This document shows, in pieces, positions 1 through 9,331 of a stretch of DNA of 64,000 bases. The translations under genes were made by a program, and so were the position numbers. The notes beneath the pieces are model-generated. The model made no database searches. It was given only the letters and a program-made list of their open reading frames with translations, and had not been told where the DNA came from. The DNA comes from a virus (taxonomy: Duplodnaviria > Caudoviricetes): IMG/VR virus record IMGVR_UViG_3300032302_000065; one strand, 5' to 3'. Each line of letters starts with the position of its first letter. The stretch's first letter is position 1.

Positions 1-409
1 CAATACCTTTGTTTATAACACTAGGAGTTATATTATATGCAAGTGATTTTGCAATAATTAATCTTTTATTAATTGTTGATGATAATAATTCGGTGTCAAT
101 AGTATCACCATAGGCATTAAATTTAGACTTATTAATACTATTAACATTTTTTACCTGAAGAATGTTATTAGTAAATCCTTTTACCACAATACCTTTGTTA
201 ACAAAATTTACTTTTGTGATGACATTATCACCATAGGCATTAAATTTGGATTTATTAATACTATTAACATCTTTTACCTGAAGAATGTTATTAGTAAATC
301 CTTTTACCACAATACCTTTGTTTATAACACTAGGAGTTATATTATATGCAAGTGATTTTGCAATAATTAATCTTTTATTAATTGTTGATGATAATAATTC
401 GGTGTCAAT
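1..409. repeat. Interleaved ~100-nt direct repeats inside the left-edge ORF
   Basis: 1-100 matches 310-409; ~104-200 closely matches ~227-322; a further ~38-nt repeat at ~591-628 and ~660-697. Confidence 0.9.
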
Positions 410-751
410 TGTGTCGGAACGAACACTAAATTTAGATTTATTAATGTTTTCGGTATTTTTTAATTGATTATTTTGAGGAGATTTTAATGTTGCCGATGCT
501 TTAACTTTACCTAAACTTGATTGTGTAGGGGCTGAAGATTTAAGAACAGGAAAAGTTGTAACTTTTCCTGTAAGAGTAGATACTAATTGAGTACGTGGCA
601 ATTTAAGTACAGAAACTGCTTTAACTTTGCCTAAACTTGATTGTGTAGAGGTTTCTAAAGTACGTGGCAATTTAAGTACAGAAACTGCTTTAACTTTTCC
701 TATACTTGATGCGGGTGAAACTTCTCCAAAAGTAAATGATAGACGGGCCAT
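1..751 (-). CDS. Repeat-rich hypothetical protein, probably virion/fibre-associated; runs off the left edge of the window (not in the ORF track)
   Basis: ATG at 751 opens a frame (MARLSFTFGEVSPASSIGKVKAVSVLKLPRT...VINKGI) that stays open to the window edge; in-frame internal repeats; same strand as and directly downstream of the 1254-aa gene. Confidence 0.75.
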   Translation of the reverse strand, partial: MARLSFTFGEVSPASSIGKVKAVSVLKLPRTLETSTQSSLGKVKAVSVLKLPRTQLVSTLTGKVTTFPVLKSSAPTQSSLGKVKASATLKSPQNNQLKNTENINKSKFSVRSDTIDTELLSSTINKRLIIAKSLAYNITPSVINKGIVVKGFTNNILQVKDVNSINKSKFNAYGDNVITKVNFVNKGIVVKGFTNNILQVKNVNSINKSKFNAYGDTIDTELLSSTINKRLIIAKSLAYNITPSVINKGI

Positions 752-764
752 TAATAATGATCCT

Positions 765-790
765 AAAAGGACGGAATTTTACTTCCGTCC
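765..790 (-). terminator. Intrinsic terminator after the 1254-aa gene
   Basis: GGACGGAA-6nt-TTCCGTCC stem followed by TTTT on the - strand. Confidence 0.65.
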
Positions 791-803
791 ATTAAAAGAA
801 TTA

Positions 804-3800
804 TTAAGCAGGCACAGCAAATCTAAAGCTATTAGAGAATGTTGTAACAGCATTAGATAATTGAGTTGAACCGTCTTCTAAACTTCTCCATGATTGTTGA
901 ATTTGAGATGTTGATTGTCTCAATGTCATACGATATGTTTGTACAGGAGAAACTAAAACCCAATGGTCGGCAGCCGTTTGTGTTGAATCATAGAATAAGT
1001 TACTATCAATTGTAATACTAACAGTATCCATCAATGTACCCAAACCACTTGGAATAACTTTCATACCATATAAACGACCACGAACGTCTGGATCATATGC
1101 TGGTCCTAAAACAACCACCGGACTAAACATAAAACGTTTAGCATTGTATACGTTTGTGAATGTTGGTACAATTTGACCCATATGAATTTGAGGTATTACG
1201 TCAACGGTTTGAGCAAGTAATGCGTTACCAGTTGGGGTGTTAGGAGAAATATACGCTCCACTAGCAGCCAATTCAAGTTGGTGACCCCAACGTCCAGTTG
1301 TGATTGTCATGGCGCTATAAGTGTGTGAGTTTACACCAACTAAATCGGAAGCAGAGTTTCTTACTCTAGGCACAGCGATAACGTTTCCGTGAACGGGTGC
1401 GTTACCTGCGTTAGGCAATGTTGGATATTGAGATCCTCCAACTGGAAGTCTTGCACCATTAATATATCCAAAACATGGCCATGGAGCAATACTAGGTGTA
1501 GCAAGAACAGCAGATGCGCCCATACCTTGGAAAGTTTGTGAACCACCAACACCACCAGTTAAACTGAATGTGTTGTAAGCAACACCACTAGAACCTAAAC
1601 CGGAACCAGAATCTTCAGGTTGCGCTCTTTCAAATTCAACGCAACCAATCCAAGTTGTAGGTACGTTCGAAAAACTCTTACCCTGAATTAGGAAGTATCT
1701 TGGGTTTGCAAATAGATATAAGAATCCACCAGTAGTTTGTGAACCAACTTGTGTATCAAATGCACCACTAATACCACCGATAACTACAGAACTGGCAGCA
1801 ATTGTATTTGAAGGTGCGGTATATGTTGAAGTACCTTGATTTAATGTACCAGAAGCTAATGCTGTTGGGTTATTTGCCGCAATACCTAAAGTAGAAGGTG
1901 CATATTGAGATGATGTTGCCGGAATAGTTACGCTACCAGCAACCAAGTTAGCTAAAGTAAATGTAGTTGTTGCTTGCGATCCGATCATCACAGTACCACC
2001 AGAGCAGTCTGCAAGGTTAATACCCACACCGTTTGTTTGTGCATGTGTTGCAACCCAACGCTCATAAACTGGAGTGTTCCAACCACCAAGTGCTGTAGTA
2101 ATTGTCGATGTTGCGTTTGGTGTATAACCCGTTAAAATTGAAGGAGTTTGTGCAGATAGTGTTGCAACGTTTTGCATCAAAGGATAGAAACGGAATCCAA
2201 CATATTTTCTATCTAAACTTGTATTGAATAATGTTGTAGATGCTTCTGCTGATTTGTTAGCGCATGAATACACATACTCAATAAAGTCGGCACCAGTGTT
2301 AGGTGTATAAACAAGTGGTGGGTTTGCCGCAGTTGCGTAAATAGTATTTTCTAGTGTGGCACCGAGCGTAATAACAGCACCGTTAATTGACGCAATGTAT
2401 GTGTAGAGAGGTACTGTTCTTTGGAAAGGAACAGCACTGGCTATAGTTGCAGTTTGTTGAATTGTTGCAGATGTATCTGATGCAATTGCAGTAACAATTA
2501 AATGTTGACCAGCGGCATAAATTTCTGCACCAACGTGAAGTTGAGTCAAGAATGCAGTACCTGTTCCTGTAATTGTGTTAGTAGAAGCTGTGATAACACC
2601 AGTCAATGCAACAGATGGTCCGCCGCCGCCTGTAATTTTAATAAAGTTGTACTGACCAACAGTTGGTGCGGAAGCTACTGTAATAGTGTTTGTACCAATT
2701 GGGTAAACAGTATTCGTAGTTGCAAGCATTGTTGTTGCTTGACTCCACTTAGTACCAGGTAAGTTAGAACCTGCTGGAGCGGTTGTACCACCTTCTCTTG
2801 TACCTTCTAGAACATAACCGTGAATTTTCTTTTTCTTATAGATAGTTGAAGATGTTCCAAGGGTGTGGGTAAAATCACTATTAACCCTAAATCTTGTATT
2901 GCTTAGAATTTGTGTGACAGTAATTTCAGTACCATCGATAATCAAATCATCGCCAACACGAAGTTCAGTTAAAAATGCACTATTCAAACCGTTAATATAA
3001 GAATCTTCTCTACGGAATGTAATACCTTGCAAGACTTGACGAATAACACCTACTGCGGTACTTGCATATCCGGTATAGTCTGTAGTATATGCTAAGTTAA
3101 TTGGGCTACCAGCTACAGTACTTTGAATACCATCACCAGTAGTTACAAAGTTAATTGTTCTTAATTCATCACCAATCCAAACTTGATCTCCAGTTACAAG
3201 ATCCCAAGCAAAGTTTGCACCAGTTGCGATCAATCCGCTAAATTGCGCTGTTGCTACCGAATATGCAACAGAAGGTGTCTGGCTAAGTGTATAAGCACCT
3301 AAACCACCTGGAGTGAAGAAAGTGACAGATGTTGATGAAAGATTACCTGTAAGAGCCTTGCTGAGTGTAATAGTTGTACCGGAAATTGCTCTAACATATG
3401 TGCTGTTTGGAATACCAGCAACAGTTGCACCGTTACCGGCAATTAATTGTCCAACTAAAAGACCTGATGTTGATGCGACAGTAATAGTATTAGCACCGCT
3501 TGATCCTGTTGCAGTTGTTGTTAAAATACCAGAACCACTAGCACCAAATTGCTGATCTAAAATATATGTACCAGCAGGAGAAGTACCAGTACCAGAAGAT
3601 GTTGCGCCTAATAGTGCACCAATTGGAATAACACCAGTTAATGTTGCGGCAACTGTCAATGTTGTTCCTGATGAACTAAGAGAGGTTGATTGTATTAATG
3701 TACCAGAAACTGCATTCGCAATAGTACCACGTGCATATGTTTTATAACGCAAATTACTATCAGTAAAGTCCATTGCAACCGTTACTGTCATTGCAGTATT

Positions 3801-4568
3801 TGTCGAAATAGATTCGATTACACGAAGTCTACCATTAATGTTAATTGTTCTACCGGCAACACCGTTTGTAGCTTTTGTGATAGTACCACCTGATACAACG
3901 GCACTAGCATTTGTCGTAAGAGTAGCTGATGTATCACTTTCAACGCTAAGAACAGTAAAGAAATAAGTTACACCAAGTGAAACGACTGTAATACAATCGC
4001 CAGGATAAAGTCCGTTTGCAGTTCCTTGTCCAGATGCGAATGTTGTTCCTGAACCAGTGAGTGTTGCTGAAGCACTTGATAAAGAAACGGTACCATTCAT
4101 TGTAGTTGCAGAAACTGAGTTTGTTGCATCAGACAAGAAATAAGTACCAACACCAGTAATATTTTTTGAACCGTTGATAACAGATATTACACCAGAAGTA
4201 GTACCACGAATTGTAGTTGTATCTGAAGTTCCACTCAATGTCGTATTAATAACTTTAATTGCACTTGCAGTTGGAATTGAAGTAAATGCCGAAGTAACAG
4301 TTAATGCAGTATCACTAGTTGGTGTACTTGCTACAGTTCTTGCTTGACCGGCTGCCATAATGATATCACCCGCACGAACTTGTGTAGTGAAAACTGTACC
4401 AACTCCGTTTGCTGTTGTTGAAGCACCGGATGTTAATGTTCCCTGTAAGGTATCATTTCTCAACCATTGGTCAACAAGTGCGAATGTTGGCCAGAGATCA
4501 GCTCCAGTTCCTGTACCACCATATGTGATGGTTGCGCTATTTCTACCAAGTTCATTAATTGTTGCCAT
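804..4568 (-). CDS. Large Thr/Gly/Ser-rich virion structural protein (fibre/baseplate-associated) built from repeated beta modules
   Basis: 1254 aa; recurring TGxGTxFxTxLxxGDxI...VxxIxSxT module; late-promoter motif upstream; lies in the structural arm. Confidence 0.7.
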   Translation of the reverse strand: MATINELGRNSATITYGGTGTGADLWPTFALVDQWLRNDTLQGTLTSGASTTANGVGTVFTTQVRAGDIIMAAGQARTVASTPTSDTALTVTSAFTSIPTASAIKVINTTLSGTSDTTTIRGTTSGVISVINGSKNITGVGTYFLSDATNSVSATTMNGTVSLSSASATLTGSGTTFASGQGTANGLYPGDCITVVSLGVTYFFTVLSVESDTSATLTTNASAVVSGGTITKATNGVAGRTININGRLRVIESISTNTAMTVTVAMDFTDSNLRYKTYARGTIANAVSGTLIQSTSLSSSGTTLTVAATLTGVIPIGALLGATSSGTGTSPAGTYILDQQFGASGSGILTTTATGSSGANTITVASTSGLLVGQLIAGNGATVAGIPNSTYVRAISGTTITLSKALTGNLSSTSVTFFTPGGLGAYTLSQTPSVAYSVATAQFSGLIATGANFAWDLVTGDQVWIGDELRTINFVTTGDGIQSTVAGSPINLAYTTDYTGYASTAVGVIRQVLQGITFRREDSYINGLNSAFLTELRVGDDLIIDGTEITVTQILSNTRFRVNSDFTHTLGTSSTIYKKKKIHGYVLEGTREGGTTAPAGSNLPGTKWSQATTMLATTNTVYPIGTNTITVASAPTVGQYNFIKITGGGGPSVALTGVITASTNTITGTGTAFLTQLHVGAEIYAAGQHLIVTAIASDTSATIQQTATIASAVPFQRTVPLYTYIASINGAVITLGATLENTIYATAANPPLVYTPNTGADFIEYVYSCANKSAEASTTLFNTSLDRKYVGFRFYPLMQNVATLSAQTPSILTGYTPNATSTITTALGGWNTPVYERWVATHAQTNGVGINLADCSGGTVMIGSQATTTFTLANLVAGSVTIPATSSQYAPSTLGIAANNPTALASGTLNQGTSTYTAPSNTIAASSVVIGGISGAFDTQVGSQTTGGFLYLFANPRYFLIQGKSFSNVPTTWIGCVEFERAQPEDSGSGLGSSGVAYNTFSLTGGVGGSQTFQGMGASAVLATPSIAPWPCFGYINGARLPVGGSQYPTLPNAGNAPVHGNVIAVPRVRNSASDLVGVNSHTYSAMTITTGRWGHQLELAASGAYISPNTPTGNALLAQTVDVIPQIHMGQIVPTFTNVYNAKRFMFSPVVVLGPAYDPDVRGRLYGMKVIPSGLGTLMDTVSITIDSNLFYDSTQTAADHWVLVSPVQTYRMTLRQSTSQIQQSWRSLEDGSTQLSNAVTTFSNSFRFAVPA

Positions 4569-4635
4569 TTAGATGTTCTCCTAATTTGATTAATTTCATA
4601 TCTTATTTATGAATTGAATTCACAATTTTTCTGTT

Positions 4636-4643
4636 TATTTATA
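4636..4643 (-). promoter_or_regulatory. T4-type late promoter TATAAATA
   Basis: Exact T4 late consensus in the intergenic gap upstream of the 1254-aa gene. Confidence 0.75.
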
Positions 4644-4648
4644 ATTTT

Positions 4649-6304
4649 TTAATTATTAAACAGCGTCATCATTAAATTTTTTCCTGATCCCGCAACAACA
4701 TTTACCGTAATGTAATCATTATTTTGTATATAATGATTTAATTCAGTTATTGTTGTTGTTACACTTCCAACAGGCAAAGTTAAAAATGTAATCAGATCGT
4801 TATTTTTATATATGCCTATCATAATGTCAGTACTAGCAATCTCACCATTTGTAATTTGCACCTTAGTGATTGTTGTAGATTGAACTGGAACAAAAATTTG
4901 AGTTCCGATCAAAGGCGCTGAAAATTCATTTAATATATTATAAGTTTTAATTACACCCGATGAAACACCACCAGTTCCGCCACTATTAGTGTTTGCTCTA
5001 TTATATGCGGATTGTGCTATTCCAAGTGCAGTATTTACAACGTTAATTAAATTCGTATACGAAATTTCATTAATAGTCGTATTGCCAAGATATATACTTG
5101 CCGGGCCCAAATAAATATCTTTGAATCTAAAATTAGGAGAACCTAAATTATAAACATTATCTAGTGTCGGTAAAATACTTTGAGAATTTGTGTTTCCCGT
5201 AATAGTCAATCCAGTAAATGCTACCGTATTTGATGTATTTAAATTTTGATTATATGCAGTATTTGCTTTATTATATGCAGATTGGGCTAATGATTTTGCT
5301 GTATTTGCTGTTGAGTATGCTGAGTTTGCGGCAGCCCAAGCATTATTTACTCTTGTACGTGCAAACACATCGACTGTACCGCCTCCACCGCCTCCACTAG
5401 TCTGTTCGACAAATGTAAATTTTTGTAATGACTCACTAAACGATAGAACATATCCATCTTGAATACTATCTCTATCTACATCATCCAAAAATCTTAAATT
5501 AACTTCACCACTACCATGTGTGCCACCGCCTGCACGATCCGAAATTAAAGTGTTTACTTTTGCTTTGTACTGAGTTATGTCTTTTTGTAAAACTTCTTTG
5601 AACTGACTAATCGATTGTTCAATTGCTTTTAAGTCTGCGTCTTTACCATCTTTACCTGGGATACCTTGAACGCCTTGCGGTCCGATTTCACCTGTGGGTC
5701 CTGCGGGTCCTTGAGGTCCATCTTTTCCGTCTTGTCCTCTGTCGCCTTTGTCGCCCTTAGGACCTCGTTCGCCTTGAATTCCCTGTGCGCCAGTTGGTCC
5801 AACGGGACCAATTGCACCATCTTGTCCATCTCTTCCGTCCAGACCATTTTGTCCATCTGCTCCCCTATCGCCTTTCTCGCCTTTGTCGCCACGCTCACCA
5901 GCAATTCCTTGTATGCCTTGTTCACCTTGTGGTCCGACAGCGCCAGTGTCACCTTTGTCTCCCTTGTCGCCTTTTAATCCACGTGGACCTTCAAGTCCCA
6001 TATTACCCTGTGGACCAACTTCTCCCTTTTCACCTTGTGGACCAACCTCACCACGTTCGCCTTGTAGTCCACGTTCGCCTTGTGCGCCTGTAGCACCAAT
6101 AGGACCTCGCAAGCCTTGTGCGCCTGCTGGTCCTTCTACATATTCAACGAGTGGCTGTTTTGTTTTTTCTTCTAAAAAGGATACTAATTCTGTTTTTAAT
6201 TTTTGTATTTCTTTTTTAGTATATGCAACGGATGTTGCAATTGCGACAGCATCGTTTAATATTGAACTATTAGTTTCCTTCTTTGTCAACTTTAGCCTCT
6301 TCAA
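4649..6304 (-). CDS. Collagen-like fibre protein (start codon uncertain)
   Basis: 55 uninterrupted Gly-X-Y triplets (6133-5639), predicted coiled-coil flanks, fibre-type motif PTLDNVYNLGSPNFRFKDIY. Confidence 0.85.
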   Translation of the reverse strand: MKRLKLTKKETNSSILNDAVAIATSVAYTKKEIQKLKTELVSFLEEKTKQPLVEYVEGPAGAQGLRGPIGATGAQGERGLQGERGEVGPQGEKGEVGPQGNMGLEGPRGLKGDKGDKGDTGAVGPQGEQGIQGIAGERGDKGEKGDRGADGQNGLDGRDGQDGAIGPVGPTGAQGIQGERGPKGDKGDRGQDGKDGPQGPAGPTGEIGPQGVQGIPGKDGKDADLKAIEQSISQFKEVLQKDITQYKAKVNTLISDRAGGGTHGSGEVNLRFLDDVDRDSIQDGYVLSFSESLQKFTFVEQTSGGGGGGTVDVFARTRVNNAWAAANSAYSTANTAKSLAQSAYNKANTAYNQNLNTSNTVAFTGLTITGNTNSQSILPTLDNVYNLGSPNFRFKDIYLGPASIYLGNTTINEISYTNLINVVNTALGIAQSAYNRANTNSGGTGGVSSGVIKTYNILNEFSAPLIGTQIFVPVQSTTITKVQITNGEIASTDIMIGIYKNNDLITFLTLPVGSVTTTITELNHYIQNNDYITVNVVAGSGKNLMMTLFNN

Positions 6305-7931
6305 CTAATGTGCCAAAAAATGCTGTCATTGATTTTGCCAATTCTCTTTGATCTGCATCATCGATTATTCTAGTCTCAGTTTCTTCTTTCTTTACACTAA
6401 CAACAACTGGTATTGTTTGTGGCTGTGGTGTAGGTGCAATAGGTTCTTCAACTGGATCATCTTCCGCTTCTGCGGCTTCTTCATCCATTTGTTCATCAAT
6501 TTCTTTAATGTCATCTTCAGATTGTTGAAGAACGTTTTTACGCACATATTCAATAGAGAAATATTTACCAACGTAAGCATCAATGTCAGAAAGAATTCCT
6601 AAACGCTCTTTCATGATTTCAACATTTTTTAATTCTGTGAAGTGTGCATCTGATTGAAAATCGTAACTGATTTCTTCTCTCATTTGTTCCCACTCTTTGC
6701 GTGTGCAGAAACCTTTAAGAAGCAATTGAGTTTCTAATAATCTATCAAATAAATGAGAGAATCTTAAACGCAAACGTGAGATGAATTTACCAAATTTTAA
6801 TTCATCTCTAGTAATTTCAGAAGCACGACCTAAAGAAAATCCATTGTCTGCTTCTAAACGTGACACGGGAACATTCAAAGATTTGAACATTTTCTTTTGA
6901 AAGTATAATACGTCTTCAATCTCGCCAAGATTCTGTCCACCTTGTAGTGTAGTAATCTCTGTGCCTTTACCGCCTTCTCTACGGGGCAACCAAAAATCTT
7001 CAAGCATTGTCTGATAACGTCTATCATCACGAATTTCACCAGTAGTTGCGTCATACACTAATTTGTTTTTATACTTTTGCATGATTTCACGCAAGTACTG
7101 TTCCGCTTTCATCTTAGGCAAATTACCTACGTCAATGTAGAAGATTCTACGTTCTGGTGCTCTTGCAATACGATAGATGACTGTTGCGTCTTCAAGCATA
7201 CGCAATTGATTTAAGGGCTTGATTGCCTTGTGTAGATGAGATATAATAACTTTACCATCTTTATCTGTAATGCCTGAGTGCGTGTATGAAATAGCATCTT
7301 CAGCAATTTTGATGCCTTGATTACCATCATTAGCAAACCCTTTGTCTGAATATATAAAGTAATTTAAATACTGCGTTGTTGGATTAACGTTACCAGTTGC
7401 AATATTCTTTTGTGCCTTCTTAGCTTCACGAACTTTACGAATCTTACGGGGATCAATATATCGAACTTCTTTTAAACCTTGTCTAGGGTTTTTTTCATCA
7501 ATCACCATGTGATAATATAATCTACCATCAATGTACCATCTACGAAAAATATCATATCCTTGATTATTAAAGTCTAAGAGTTTCATGATGAAATAAAATT
7601 CATCACGAATTTTTTTCTTAATTGATTCTGGTTGCTCTAGTTTATCTAAAATAATTTGAACTGGATAATCATCATTATCAAATACTAATGCTTCATTGAC
7701 AATATCTTCAATAGCGGCATCGCACTCTGGTTGTAAAGCCATTTCACGATATTTTTTAATTAAATCGGAATCGGATCTAATCTGACCTTCAAGATCCATA
7801 TATGTGCCGTAAATTCCACCACCAGAAATTGGTACCGACCCGTCATCTTCGATAGGAGGAACAAAAGATTTTAATTGCACCGCTTCGGGTTCGTCTTTAC
7901 CAATTGAATAACCAAAAAGTTTTATTGCCAT
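6270..7931 (-). CDS. gp20: Portal vertex protein
   Basis: T4-family motifs YRIARAPERRIFYIDVGNLPK and EDFWLPRREGGKGTEITTL. Confidence 0.98.
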   Translation of the reverse strand: MAIKLFGYSIGKDEPEAVQLKSFVPPIEDDGSVPISGGGIYGTYMDLEGQIRSDSDLIKKYREMALQPECDAAIEDIVNEALVFDNDDYPVQIILDKLEQPESIKKKIRDEFYFIMKLLDFNNQGYDIFRRWYIDGRLYYHMVIDEKNPRQGLKEVRYIDPRKIRKVREAKKAQKNIATGNVNPTTQYLNYFIYSDKGFANDGNQGIKIAEDAISYTHSGITDKDGKVIISHLHKAIKPLNQLRMLEDATVIYRIARAPERRIFYIDVGNLPKMKAEQYLREIMQKYKNKLVYDATTGEIRDDRRYQTMLEDFWLPRREGGKGTEITTLQGGQNLGEIEDVLYFQKKMFKSLNVPVSRLEADNGFSLGRASEITRDELKFGKFISRLRLRFSHLFDRLLETQLLLKGFCTRKEWEQMREEISYDFQSDAHFTELKNVEIMKERLGILSDIDAYVGKYFSIEYVRKNVLQQSEDDIKEIDEQMDEEAAEAEDDPVEEPIAPTPQPQTIPVVVSVKKEETETRIIDDADQRELAKSMTAFFGTLVEEAKVDKEGN

Positions 7932-7945
7932 ATAAGTCTCTCTAT

Positions 7946-7974
7946 AAAAAAAATGGGGGCGTAATAGCCCCCAT
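7946..7974 (-). terminator. Intrinsic terminator between gp19 and gp20
   Basis: ATGGGGGC-TATTAC-GCCCCCAT stem followed by a T-run on the - strand. Confidence 0.8.
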
Positions 7975-7996
7975 CTGTTGACAACTATTACGCAAT

Positions 7997-8004
7997 TATT
8001 TATA
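7997..8004 (-). promoter_or_regulatory. T4-type late promoter TATAAATA
   Basis: Exact consensus in the gp19-gp20 gap, flanked by TTACGCA/TGCGTAA inverted repeat. Confidence 0.65.
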
Positions 8005-8034
8005 CTGCGTAAAAATTAGCATCACACTATGATA

Positions 8035-8631
8035 TCATAGTCCTTCGTCATATTCATCGCTAAATGTGGCATCTTTACCACCAGAATGTAAATAATGATA
8101 TTGGAAATTAACCGTAAAGTCAGATATTGTATCAGTACTATCATAAGACAAATCTAAAGCACCAACGTCTGTTGGATATGCCATTTCTAACTGATATTTT
8201 CTAACTACTTCACCTGATGAATCCAAGTGATTAACTACAACAGTTGAATAATAATCTTGTGCAATGCCACCTTTTGCTTTTGATGTTGAATCATAATCCG
8301 ATGTTGAAATATAATCCACCCAAGCATTAAATGCAGTACGTACAGTATGATTTTCATCATTGATAACTGTTACTGTCCAATCAGCAAATGTTCTATCTCC
8401 AGGAATCTTTATTCGTCTACCTGCTCTGAAAGGAACTTCAATAACACCTACTGTGAAACCAGGAACTGCCGCAGATTTACACAAAAGACTCATTTGTTGA
8501 GTAAGTAAAGTGCTAGTAGCTTTTGTATCAGATACTACATTGGTTGGAAATGTAACATCGATTCTGAATAAGTTTGCTCTTGCGCCAGTTGCAAGTGCGC
8601 CTTTTAATTGATCTATTGTTGCGAATGCCAT
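8035..8631 (-). CDS. gp19: Tail tube protein, paralog 2
   Basis: GARANLF, IEVPFRAGRRIKIPGDRTFADWTVTV, YPTDVGALDLSYD motifs of T4 gp19 family. Confidence 0.93.
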   Translation of the reverse strand: MAFATIDQLKGALATGARANLFRIDVTFPTNVVSDTKATSTLLTQQMSLLCKSAAVPGFTVGVIEVPFRAGRRIKIPGDRTFADWTVTVINDENHTVRTAFNAWVDYISTSDYDSTSKAKGGIAQDYYSTVVVNHLDSSGEVVRKYQLEMAYPTDVGALDLSYDSTDTISDFTVNFQYHYLHSGGKDATFSDEYDEGL

Positions 8632-8646
8632 TTTTTATTTTCCCTA

Positions 8647-9303
8647 TTATTTTTTTTCTATTGTTACAGCAGTCTCGGACTCTGGAGCACCGTATTGGAA
8701 ATAATCATATGTCCAAGTTACTGTAAAATCTTCAACGGCATCAGTAGTATCATATGACAAGTCAATTGTAGAAATGTCGCTAGGCCAGCAATTATATAAT
8801 CTGCATTCGCCGGCATCAATCGAACTACCATCTTCTCTTAATTGAAAAATTTCTACAGTACCATATAAACCAGTATTGTCTGCACTACCAAGTGATGAAG
8901 AATCTACTGAACTAGTTCCACCCGCACCAGCATTTCTATTTCCGATTACGGATTGCTGAAAATTAGTTTTAACAATCGCTTTTTGCCATCTTTCAAGTGC
9001 GGCTCTTGCTGTGAAATTTGCGTCATTTAAAATTGTTGAAGTCCATTCTGTGAATGTTCTATCTCCACCCATTTTTAATCTGCGACCAGCATTCATTGGG
9101 ATTTCAATAGTTCCCAAAGTTGATGATGGTAGCGATCCTGATCTGCATAATAAAGAAACATTCTCTAGACCAGCACCTAAATCGGATGGTCCAGAAATTT
9201 TAATTTTAAATAGATTCGGTCTAGAGCCAGCACCGATTGCGGCTCTAAAATCCGAAATTCTAAATGAATTTGTTCCGCTTGTAGTTGTATTTGCTGTTGC
9301 CAT
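8647..9303 (-). CDS. gp19: Tail tube protein, paralog 1
   Basis: GSRPNLF, GRRLKMGGDRTFTEWT, WPSDISTIDLSYD; immediately after gp18. Confidence 0.92.
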   Translation of the reverse strand: MATANTTTSGTNSFRISDFRAAIGAGSRPNLFKIKISGPSDLGAGLENVSLLCRSGSLPSSTLGTIEIPMNAGRRLKMGGDRTFTEWTSTILNDANFTARAALERWQKAIVKTNFQQSVIGNRNAGAGGTSSVDSSSLGSADNTGLYGTVEIFQLREDGSSIDAGECRLYNCWPSDISTIDLSYDTTDAVEDFTVTWTYDYFQYGAPESETAVTIEKK

Positions 9304-9331
9304 TACTATCTCCTTTGTTGTCTGTAATTAT

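Noticed and set aside
1-700. CRISPR array or iteron origin
   Set aside because: Repeats are long, in frame within an ORF and lack unique spacers of regular length
5639-6133. Collagen domain as substrate of the 2OG oxygenase
   Set aside because: Pro is almost always in the X position (only one Gly-X-Pro), whereas prolyl 4-hydroxylases act on Y; the oxygenase gene is 11 kb away beside the 231-aa array
5629-6308. Overlapping alternative-frame ORFs over the collagen gene, and many short antisense ORFs elsewhere
   Set aside because: Expected by-products of repetitive Gly-X-Y and Thr/Ala-rich codon usage; no RBS or motif support
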